Source: Orbicella franksi
Taxonomy: Eukaryota
NCBI GenBank assembly: GCA_964199315.1
Contig: OZ116699.1
Coordinates: 20,336,001-20,400,000, forward strand
Reading direction: 5' to 3'
DNA length: 64,000 nt
The translations under genes and the position numbers were made by a program. The notes under the pieces are model-generated. The model was given only the letters and a program-made list of their open reading frames with translations. It was not told the DNA's origin and searched no databases. This document shows positions 25,701 to 36,315 of this stretch, piece after piece; within the stretch, counting starts at the first letter, position 1; every line of letters begins with the position of its first letter.

Positions 25701-27510
25701 TTGAGGAGTGGCATCCACTTCACACATAAGGTGAGAATGGAGCTTTATAAGTTAAATTGCTGTTAGGACCAGATAACAGACAACATCTTGGTAAAGAAAG
25801 AGTCATGGGGATGAGACAATTGGCAAAATAACTAGTACAGTATAAATGATGGTAGTTGAAGGATGAATATGTTGGTTAGCCACCCGAAGCATGTTGTTTC
25901 TACACAGGGAGGTTCACAAGATTTCCTTAAAGGTGGCATAAGATCCTAATGAGCCATCTTCTCATCACTGATAAATAAAACATTTCTTGAAGCATTTCAT
26001 GGCATGTTAGGAGGGTAGTGATCACTATAACTTTGTGCCATAATTAAACCAAAGCTTGATGCTCAAGATATTTACAGTAGAGTGGCAATGCTCAAGGATG
26101 ATCTGATCTGCTGCAACATTTTTATCATGTTCAGTCTTTCTAGAATTCACACATGTTTTAAGGTCTTCCTAGTTTGTTCCTCCTTAACTACAGTGTGGTA
26201 GGTTTAGGTGATCTTGTAACATTCAATTTCACCCAAGACTTCTTCTACAGGACTCCACCAGTCCTACAATATAACTGGATCCTCTGTTGAAAACCAGTGG
26301 CCTTGGTTTGAAGACAATGCTTGCCATTATTGTTACATCCACAGTAGTTCATTGAAACATCTGTAAGGGGCCACAGAAGATTCTACAGGCAGAATGGTAA
26401 GAGCTGCAGCCTACAGGATCATAGGTAAAATTTGTAGACATTGGCACAAAGTTTAGATACAGTGTACCTATAGTACGTTTGACAAGCAAGGTGTCTTACT
26501 AAGAACTGAGAGGGAACAGGAAGAATACTGGACTGAACGTGTTTGAAGATCATTAACAAGTAGGCTTTGAAGTTGTAAGCTGATATCTGAGATGCTGAAA
26601 ATGTACACTTTTGAAGTTGTTGAGATTACGCCTGACCCCACCTTCAACGGAAGAGATCCTCAGAAGTATTCCAATAGTCTTCAGAATGCCAAAGCACTTG
26701 CACAAGATCCAGTTGAATGATGTGACATGTTCCATTGAGATACCTGTAGAGAAGCATTTGTATTAAAGGAATAAAGAGTGACTGGACCAAATGTGCCATT
26801 ATATCACTTGTGAAGAAAGCTACCCTGGCTCACTGCAACCACAACCAGGATATAAGTTTGTTATCCTAACTGAACAAAATTATCTTTGAAGTCATCTTGA
26901 AGAGTCTAATATATATCTTCTACATTGTCTGGAATGCTGAAGAAGGAGATAGCCAAGCTAGTAATGGAAATGTCTTGACTTCTGCATTATTAAGGGTAAG
27001 TCAGTAAAAGGGTGAAAGGATTGAAGGATGTTTCTAGTTTGAATAACCCACTCAGAGGTATTGTTTCACCCAGGGACTTACACAGGTTTTCATGAAATTA
27101 CCCTAACAAGTAAGGTAATGCCCACATCAAACATCTCGTTATCAAATGGGAAAAATAGACTTGTTCTCTGACAAATTTGCATGAGAGAATAGGAGTTTCT
27201 GTAGGATTTGGAAGACCACCTACAATGTGGATAGTACAAGACAGTGAATACCCCTGAGTTCCTTTGCTATGGTTAGAGTCAAGTATGTACTGTAGAGCCA
27301 GTAGTCTTGTATAACAATGCAGACCGTGTACAAGGCTCCTATCACCCTGTCATTTACTCTCTTCCTTTGTTTGATAGTGTCTCACTCCATTCATCTTTGC
27401 CTGTCTGGTTTAATACAAGTGTAGTTACTTGCTCATAGATTACGAAAGGTCTTGATAACATTGTACCATTTTAGATTCAGCCAAAGGTCTTTGTTGATGA
27501 GCGATCACCC

Positions 27511-27727
27511 TGAGCCCCCGCTGGAGACATTGTGTTGTGTTCTTTGGCAAGATGCTTTAATCTCACAGTGCCTCTCTCCACCCAGTTGTATATTAGGGTA
27601 CCAGCAAATAATGCTGGGGGTAACCCTATGATGGACTAGCATCCCACCCAAGGGGAAGAAGAAATACTCCTAGTTGCTTCATGCTACAGAAACTGGAGAT
27701 AAGCACCATCCTGATGGGCCACTTGGG
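27511..27727 (+). mobile_element. Truncated SINE copy (unit 3)
   Basis: Same breakpoints as the unit-2 copy. Confidence 0.8.
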
Positions 27728-30700
27728 CCGTTAATGCACTTGGAGTCTTTTTCCAGAGAAGGGTTGTGTACACAACCTTGTCACTTACAAAACAAAGCCG
27801 GTTGAGAACCTTGTAAGAAAGGCAGAGGCTGCAAATTTACAGATGCCAGCAGAAAGTACAGACTGACCTACGTGTATTAGTGACAAGGTGGCTGGTACTG
27901 AACAAGGAGGCTGTAAAAAAGCCAGCTGGTATCTGAAATGCTAAAAAGACATTGACTGTTCTGTTTACGGAAGAAGTGATCTTGGAGCAAGGCCATCATT
28001 AATGACCAATTTATAAGAGCTCAACAAAGCAGGCTTAGGCTGAATGTTCTGAGTGTAGGAAATCACCTTCCTATCCTTACAATTGAAGCAAACTAGTATC
28101 ACTATGCTTTACAAGAAAAATCATCTGTTGAGTCATTGTGATGTCATCCAAAGGGCAATTACTGTCAGCCACAAAGGTGTTCCGTTGTAATTAAATCTTC
28201 TTGTTAAAGAACTTTATCAACCCTCTATTTTGCCTCCTCTTTTGAAACAGTTGAAGTCCATTTGCTTTAAACAAGCAAGGTAGATTGTAGAAGATCACAT
28301 TGTAAATATCTGGTTCTCTGCAGAAGTGCAAACACCTATCAGTCATATCCACAGTGTGGTATTGAAAACTAGGAATGATCAAGAATAGTATTTGAGAGAG
28401 TAAGGTCTGCCAAGTAGGTCCAAGAGAACTGTCAAGTAATGTCCTGTCTGAGGTGCTCGTTTCATAAAATAATGAGCATGGTTCATCAATGGTCGGAGGA
28501 GTGGTGATGGACCTAGCCAGGCCAGACCAGCTTCATGCTGATCATTCTAAGTAACCTGCTGAGCTGGCTGCAGATTTATTTTGTTCTACTCTTACTGTTC
28601 TAAAGTGTAGGATGACTAAGGGGCACCAACTGTCTTTAGCAAGGGTGCTGTCACACATATCTTCAGGTAAGCCACACAGCCTAATAGTATTTACTTGTAG
28701 GTTATCATTCTGGTGTCCTTGAAAAGCAAATCTTCAATAAAGCCATTTTGAGGTGTCTTTGACCAGAGCTGTTGGCGAAATGCTGCAGAAGTACCTAGAC
28801 TGAGAAAGGAATGGTGTCACAGAATACAACTTCCATTTGCACTGTAAGGGAATAACTAAATAGCATAAACAGAGGGTCATTCTTTCAGTTTCCTAATTCT
28901 CCTTTGTCTCAACATTTATACAACTTTTCAGGTGCATACTTGATCTGTCCATGACTTTTCCAATCCATATTAAATTTTGGATTATATAGAGAAACATTAC
29001 ATCAGCTATATTGCCGAACACTGCCATTGGGTGACTAGTAGTAGAATGGGAGAAAGCCAATCATGTCCACCTAGGGAGGGACAAGAGAGGAAGAAGAGAA
29101 AAAAGCAGAAACTGTAAGTGTTAACTGGGAGCAAGGCTTGTGACTTGAAAAGAGTGACTTGTAAGTGTGGACTAAGTCCTTGTTTTCATATGAACCTTTT
29201 TTTGTTGATGATGAAAATCTTCAACTGTATTGCTTGTTGAGGTGTTTGTGTATGCCAGGTACATTGTCCAGAGTAATCTTTCACCATTCATTGCCATCCT
29301 TTGCCACTTCAGGGCAGGTTTTCCACTATCCCCATACAGAGCCATCCTGTTTGTTCTTTGCTGAATGTTTCCTTCAGATCATACTCTATCTAAGTGGTTG
29401 TAATGCTCCTTTCTTCTTAATCCTAGTTCTAGGACTGACGGGTATGGAGAGACATTAGAGTTTACTTCATCTGAAGTATGCTGATGTATGTCTGTATTGC
29501 TTTCGTTGTGTATGTTGGCTGCAGCAGCCATGAGGTAAACGGACCAAAAGTCATGCACATCTTGAAGCTTTAATAGCAGTGCTTGTTGAAACTTTCATAT
29601 CCCGTGCAAAGAAGGCCAGAATGACATATTGGCATGGATTCAGTCCTGTCCTTTTTCATCCTTGCACAGATGCTCCACTCCTCTACTTGATCTTCATCCA
29701 ATGTCAGGTCCTGTTTATTATCTTACTATAAATTACACTGCCTATCTACTTATTTTAGCCTACTAGCACTCTTGTCTTGATCTGCCTATCTGCCTTTCAT
29801 CACCACATTGGCAGCTTCCTATCTACCCACACTAACTACTAAAACTGCCTATCATGTGATGATCTTCTTCAACCTGTTCAGTGCCACAGCAGTGCCAAGG
29901 GGACTTCTGTCTTCTGGCCATTGTCAGTCCTCACTCTCTTTTCCAATAACCATAGGTTGTAGCTGATGTGAAGTCTACCTGCGCCTACAATTTGTAGACA
30001 GTCTATGCTATGAAGACCCACAACATGCATTGGAGGCCTTCCTTGGGGAGATTTCCCCTGCAAGGCAGCATTGACACGGAGACATTACTGTTCATGTCTA
30101 AGTGTCACCACTGCCATAGTGGGAAACCCCTCCCCACTGCCTGTGACTCAAAAGCTATCTTTCTAACTGCCTGACTACCCATCCTCCTCCTCAGGTCAAA
30201 TGGATGATCCTCATCAGTTGGTCTCGATGGCTACCTACATATTAACTGATCAACTTGATGTGTGTGCATTGTCCCATAATCCCATGTCCCTAATGCCTTT
30301 TGATTTTTTTTCCGGGGGAGAGGGGGGGTGGTTGTGTTTACTCTCACTTTTAGAGTTTTCAAATGTTAACAAGAAATTTGTTCATTAAGGAGGAAAAGGT
30401 AAATATTACCAGCCCACATTTTAAGCTTTTTCCAAAATGTCAAAATGTCACAAGAATGAAAGGCATTAGGGTAGGTACTTAGAGTCCTAAAAACTGATCT
30501 GTGCTTTTTCTCAGCTAACTGAACTATGACTAGAAAAGGTCATCAAGCCTGGAAAGAGTTGCCAAGACTGGTTTCCTCTTCCAATGGTTGAATGGCCTTG
30601 GTTTCTAGTTTCCTAAATCATAAGTTCTACTATAATGTCTGGTTGAACCTTACTGAGAAAATCTCACTTATCAGTGAATCGACTGTCAAGTGAAACGTAA

Positions 30701-31999
30701 TAGAATAAATTGGCCTAAGCGCAACTAAGCAGGGACGAATTTGAAATGCCACAGCAATGAAGAAATTCCTCGAACACAAAGTCAAATTGTAGCTGGAGTG
30801 AAGGTGAAGCAAACAAAGTGTAGTCGAAAAGAAGCCATGGTGGAGTAAAAAAGGCCGGAGTGAAGCTGAAAATAAGCTGAAATGAAGTCGAAATTAAGCC
30901 GGAGCAGAAGAAAAAATGCGAATGCGAATCACTGGCCAAGAACCTGCAAAGAAACCCAAATTAAGTAAAAGGCAACAGGGAGGAGCCACCCCAACCACAA
31001 GGGCCATTAGTAAGGTTAACTAAATTATATACTTTAAGTTAAACCGAATCAGAAGTACATGGACTTCTGGCCGAAAGTGTGTGCTCGTATGCTTTGTAAG
31101 GTTCATCCAGAGCTCTATGTACCCTCCCCTCCCAGCCCACAATTTTACTAACCACCAACATCATCTCTCTCATTAGAGTCTGGTTTTGCTTGGGTGAGGC
31201 TGAGCATACTGTTTGAAGTTGGGCTGATCTGGTCTGAACCTGGACAAATTTCTGCAGCTGTAGTAGATTCTTGGTGCTTAGGAAATGAAGTCAGACTGAA
31301 ACAAATAGAAAAGAATGTTATTTCAGAACAAAATAACCTTCTGATAAGGCTATCATGATCAAGGAAGTTTAGTAAGCGAGGAGTGTAAGTAATCAGGGCA
31401 CATAGAAATTATTGCCATCTTAACTGCATAGCTTTTCAAACTTTAGACGTGCACTGTTATCAACTGCTTATTTCAAACAAGTTTGATGGCAAATTTTATC
31501 AATGGATATTATTGGTGATGTGAAAGTTGTGATCAGCCGAGTGCCATATTAAAGCTTTAAAAATCTAAGTTTGGAGTCTTTCCCTGATCTTTGCAACAAA
31601 ATTTACGAAGATGCTCAGCACAGTCCTAAGTGTTTCGTTATGTTCCACACTTTTTATGGCAGTTTTACTTGGGTTTCGAAATTCGATGTAATGTGGCAAC
31701 TGTTTCACATATCTTCTTTGTAGTTCTCGAGTGCATAGTTTTCTTTTTAATTTAAGACATTAAAGAGTGAAAAATCCACCGTCTTATAAATGTGACAATT
31801 TGTTTAAAAAGAAAACGTGGCATATTAAATAGTTGAAAACGTGCTAGAAAACGTGTAGAAAATGGGTTCAAAATTAGTTGCAACGCATTTCAATCCGTTG
31901 GAAAATGTTTCTCAAAGCCTTATGATATTTTCAGCGCGTTGGCAACGTTTTCCGATGCATTGGAATGTTTTTTTTCAAAACGTTTTCGCTGCGTTAATA

Positions 32000-32361
32000 G
32001 GGAGTTTACGAAACCACGACGGCAACGGCAACGGGAACGTCACTGAACAAAAGAATTAATGAGCAGTACAATGGCTGTGCACGTGCGTTATAATTCTTGG
32101 TACATTTCTTTGTCGTCCTCTGCAAAACAACGTGAAATGACCAAATTTTACGTCGTCTGGAGAACGTCAACCACGACGGCTTATTTTTTGAATTTTTATT
32201 TCAAAATTATCGCTGTGTTCCGGATTTAGTTTTGCGATAGTTTTGACAGTGATAAACAAAGTAAATGACTTGAGAGTATCGCGACATTCGTAGGTAAAAT
32301 ATAAATTCATTTTTTAATTGACGTTGTCCTCGGCGTCGGCGTCGTGGTTTCGTAAACTCCC
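32000..32361. mobile_element. MITE with ~22-bp TIRs
   Basis: GGGAGTTTACGAAACCACGACG ... CGTCGTGGTTTCGTAAACTCCC, with subterminal ACGGCA/CGGCGT micro-repeats and no ORF. Confidence 0.9.
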
Positions 32362-33664
32362 CAATGGAACATCCATGGCGCGAAGTATAATATTCACATG
32401 ACAAAAAAGTAGATGCAAATTATTTACACGGCATTTTGAATTATGCACAGCAAAACGTCTTTTATCTTTTATAATACTTCGCTAATGAGATTGAACGTCC
32501 ATAAATATTAATGTGTCGGTAACCGTCTTGTGACCGCGCGAAAATTTTTCAGATACACGTATGGGCAAATCGGAAACAAATGACTTTGTTGCTCGCACAT
32601 AAAATTTGAGTTGTGAAACTTGTCAGATTTTACATTTTACACAGGCTATTTCGTAAAACAAAATTTATAGAATATATTTGGCGTGGCAGTCGAACTTTCA
32701 GCCTAATATTCAGTTGCCGATTCCAAACTAAGAAACTATCTGTGATAATAATAATAGTAATTTGCCAAAAGTAAAATGAACATTTCGTTTTAGTCTACTT
32801 GAAACTGCACGGTTTGCCCAGAAAGAGAGTTACGGTATGTTTGGGTGCGTAAAATTGTTTCAAACCTTTCCCCGCCAAAATTTGATGCGTAGCGTTTCGC
32901 TGACTTTGGGTAGAATTAAATTCCGAGAAAAACGGAATAATAAAGGCAAAAAGAACTTTAGAGAGGATTGACTGACTGAGCTTCGCAGTCAAACGCGTTG
33001 GGAAAATACACTTTATAGTTTCTAAACTTCTCTAAGAGGTCGTTTTGGTAAAGACGCCGTCGACATTTCTGTATGAACCCTTACACTCCTTTTAGGAACG
33101 TCTTGATCAATTTTACGAAACACTGAATGAAAATAAAACCAAAACCTGCCCGGTTTGTCTACTGTTAGTGATAAACAGAACAAGGCTTACCCTGAGAACG
33201 TGTTTTGATGGAGGAAGAAACGCGAAGGTTGGCAACATGGTGTTTCAATGCCACGTGCTTTGTGCTGGAACGAACTTTCCTGGGGCTAAATTCCTTCCCT
33301 TCGCCAGGGCTGAAAATTCCTGTGAACAAGGATAATACTTAAATTAATGGAAAATCAATAGTTTTATGACAGGTTAGAAATAAGTAAAACAGTTTAAGCG
33401 AGAGTGAAGTTTTATTCGGCATATCAAGTAAGGGTTGGAACATGTGTTTAGCAGCCATAAACCTAAAAAAGCAAATGAAAACAAAGCTAACTGACCTTAT
33501 TGCACCTCTCTGCTAAAATTTACTCAAACCTCTGAAGTGTTGCGAACCTTTTTTCGTTAAAAATGCTGACAAAGGAGGTAAAAGGAAGATTTTTTGAGGA
33601 GTTCTCTCAAACAAAACTCTGAGGTGTTTCACTTGTTTGTCAAAAGCTGGATGGAGACTGATCA

Positions 33665-34035
33665 CCCCACCAAACCCCACCAAACCCCACCAAATCGTGC
33701 CTGGCTTTTAGCTGACCGCCTGCTAATGCCTTTCCCTGATTGGCTCGTTGCATTGCAAGGGCTTTCCATCGCTCCACCCACTAATTTGCATTTCACGGTA
33801 AACAATAATGAAAACTTTGTTTACAACTTAAAATTTATGTTTTGATGTTTTTAATTTAACAGAGCAGCGCAAGGGACGTTTTCATCTTGTGAGGGTTAAC
33901 TCAAATTGAGCTTATTTTTTCCTTTTATTTCCAGAGTATCCAGTCACAAAAAGTGACATTGATGTAAATCACGTGGGCTTGTCAAAATTTGTGATTGGCT
34001 CTTTTTTCGCGGAAAATTTCACAAGTGACATTGAT
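33665..34035. promoter_or_regulatory. Promoter-like motif cluster
   Basis: (CCCCACCAAA)x3 at ~33665-33694, GATTGG (CCAAT reversed) at 33738 and 33993, octamer ATTTGCAT at 33784, CACGTG at 33970, E2F-like TTTCGCGG at 34005. Function is inferred only. Confidence 0.35.
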
Positions 34036-34053
34036 GTGGGATAGCTCAAGGGA

Positions 34054-34147
34054 TAGGCTCGATTACCAGCCGCTGTTTGGGAAAAGAGCCCGCGCTCCTC
34101 CCCCGGAACGTAGACCGGACTCGAGAAAGCGGCGGAAATCGAGCCTA
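34054..34147. mobile_element. 94-bp MITE with 9-bp target-site duplication
   Basis: TIRs TAGGCTCGATTACCAGCCGCT / AGCGGCGGAAATCGAGCCTA, flanked by CTCAAGGGA at 34045-34053 and 34148-34156. Confidence 0.9.
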
Positions 34148-34246
34148 CTCAAGGGATAGCTCCAAATTCTAACATTAGCGCTTTTATACAGGCAGATTTT
34201 ATTCAGATTTTTCGGTCCTACAAGAGACCCTCGGCCCGACATAAAA

Positions 34247-34578
34247 AGTCGGTACACACGAGGGGACTATTCCCTGCGACTGGTTCCTGCAACAAGTCGC
34301 GGGGACAAGTCCCATCGTGTCAACTGGCAATTTTTGCTTCACAATCTAGTCGCAGGGACGAATCTTTGGTCCGGCTGCGACTAGTCCCACGAATTCAAAC
34401 CAGTTTGAATTTTTGGGACAAGTCCCTGCGACTTGTTCCCCAAAACGCTTCGTGTGAACTGTTCGTTGGACAAGTCCCTGCGACCGGTCCCTGCCTTTAA
34501 ACTCTTCAGGGGACTAGTTGCAGGGACTAGTCGTAGGAACTAGTCCCCCCCCCCCCCCCCCCCCCGTGTGTGCCGACC
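34247..34578. mobile_element. MITE with internal GGGACTAGTCCC-type repeats
   Basis: Termini AGTCGGTACACACGAGGGG / CCCCGTGTGTGCCGACC, many GGGAC(T/A)AGTCCC(TGCGAC) motifs, and a C21 run at 34545-34565. Confidence 0.85.
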
Positions 34579-35542
34579 TTTAATTTTCCAACGTCTTCAA
34601 CATTTTCCGGAAAACAGCAGATAAACCCCAAATTTTTTTGAGAATTTAATCCTGGTATACTCACAATTTCGGTTGAATGATTCGCATTTTGGAAATCATC
34701 AATTGTTGGACCTTCCGGAAACTTTGCAGGAAATTTATTTAGCCTTTGCCCCCGTTTCAAAAGTGCGGAATTTTTAGTCGAATCACCCCTCTGCACTGTA
34801 AACTCACAGCTAATTTGTTAACGAAATCTGACATTCGATAAAAAGAATCTCTTTTCAACTTTAGCTTAAGTGAATAAAAATGCTGAAAATCTTACCTGTT
34901 GTCTTTTATGTGTTTCAACACTTCGGGGAGGATCAGGAAATCGTTTTGGGTGAAGTTTAACTCTACGGTTGAACCAGCAGCTATAGCGTACTGAAGAGGA
35001 TAAATTTTCTTTCGTAAAGAAGACTCGTGAAGAGATGAAGACGTTTTTTACTAATAAAAATGCTAGCAAAAAATTAATGGTTTGTCCAGAGCACGTCTTA
35101 TTGTGTCTATAGGGAACACTTTATATCGCTACTAGCCGGGCCAAGAGAAAAAAGGCTGTAGGAGGATTGGAGAAAATTGATAAATTCAGAGATCTTTTAA
35201 TCTAACTAGTTTTTCTCCCCTCGTAGTCTATCATCAGTGAGTACTAACTAAGAAAGCTGTGTACAGCGCAGGAATTGTCAGCACGCTACTCTGATTGTCA
35301 GCACGCTGCTCTGTGGCAGTGAGACCTAAACTGCTGACTGCTGACGACCTGGACATGTTATCCCGCATCCTCGGGATAACAGTGAAGAACAAAGGCCAAC
35401 AACCTCAATAAAGCAGGTCACTATCATGTATACGCTGCTTCGTCAACACCGGTTCCGCGGACTCGATGACGTCCGAAGCCGGATGAATGACGATCTTATC
35501 CCTACAGACCTCTTAGGGAAACGATTAGAAACTACGTTTTAA

Positions 35543-35903
35543 GGCCCGTCCACTCTACGCCGGAGAAATTTGAAAACGGAGCTTTATTTCTACGGTTAGG
35601 CCTACCTTCCACACTAATCCGTCACGAAAACGGAGCTTTTCCAAAACGCTTTTCAAACTGGAGGAATTTGAAAACGCTGGCTTTGCGCTTTAGTGGGGAT
35701 AGAAAACATTTTGCAGACGTAGCTTTTCGCCACGAAAATCATTTAATATTCCTGCCCGAGTTTTTCTTAAATACAAATCCAAAATGACCGGTGATTGCTG
35801 GGTTTTCAAATTTCTCCGGCGTGGTGTGGATGGAAAACATTTGATGCGCTTTCAGAGTGAAACCTACGTTTTCAAATTTCTCCGGCGTAGTGTGGACGGG
35901 GCC
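35543..35903. mobile_element. PIF/Harbinger-like MITE
   Basis: TIRs GGCCCGTCCACTCTACGCCGGAGAAATTTGAAAACG / CGTTTTCAAATTTCTCCGGCGTAGTGTGGACGGGGCC, preceded by TAA, with an extra internal TIR copy at ~35801-35830. Confidence 0.85.
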
Positions 35904-36076
35904 TCTAAGATATGTACAAAAGGTACATGAATTCCGACGCAAGGACGTGCGAGGTACTGGTTGGTTAACCAGTATTCCGCACGTCCCTTGTAAGAGGGAG
36001 ACGAGCGATGAAGGTCAGTTGCAAGATCTCAATAACCCTACACAAGGCACAGTTCGTCTACCAGGACCGGGGCCAT

Positions 36077-36315
36077 GGCCGGGTTGTTCAAAGCCCGATT
36101 AAGCTAACCCAGGATAAGAGAGAATTTTGATTTGAGTTTTGTAACTTTGCGGTGAGGTTTTCTGTTTCAATTGTTTGGCCTTTTGTTTTGAGTCTGAATA
36201 ATCTCAAACTAGACAAAACATAAGCAGTGAAAAAAAAAATTATACAAGAAAAATTTACACTGTGGTTAACTGTTAATCCCAGGCTAGCGTTAACCGGCTT
36301 CCGAACAACCCGGCC
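36077..36315. mobile_element. MITE with ~30-bp imperfect TIRs
   Basis: GGCCGGGTTGTTCAAAGCCCGATTAAGCTAACC ... GCTAGCGTTAACCGGCTTCCGAACAACCCGGCC. Confidence 0.85.

Larger units (their letters stand above)
1..31295. repeat. Tandem segmental triplication, ~11.4-11.8 kb period (two full units plus a ~8 kb partial unit; likely continues left of the window)
   Basis: Collinear anchors: TCCCTTCACTCAGGTCAATGA at 181/11926/23352; GAGGGGGTGCGCTCCTTAAGCTGA at 701/12424/23847; CCTCCCCTCCCAGCCCACAATTT at 7801/19652/31122; GGCTTACCTTGAGAATG at 8251/20104; GAATTCTGTCAATTCACTCG at 11585/23011. Third-unit homology stops near 31295. Confidence 0.97.
23030..35356 (-). pseudogene. Decayed multi-exon gene of unknown identity, copy 3, with candidate unique 5' exons
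   Basis: Candidate exons ~35245/35249-35356, 34896-34980, 33492-33565, 33191-33319 and one starting at 31295. Degraded long frame ~24290-30310. Exon 23322-23397 carries a TAA absent from copy 2. Every exon chain I could build contains at least one stop. Confidence 0.5.

Noticed and set aside
1-31295. Maverick/Polinton, DIRS, LTR or Helitron identity for the 11.5-kb unit
   Set aside because: I found no pPolB, integrase, RT, tyrosine recombinase or Rep/Hel motifs and no terminal repeats, and the unit includes spliced exons. Not excluded given the decay, but unsupported.
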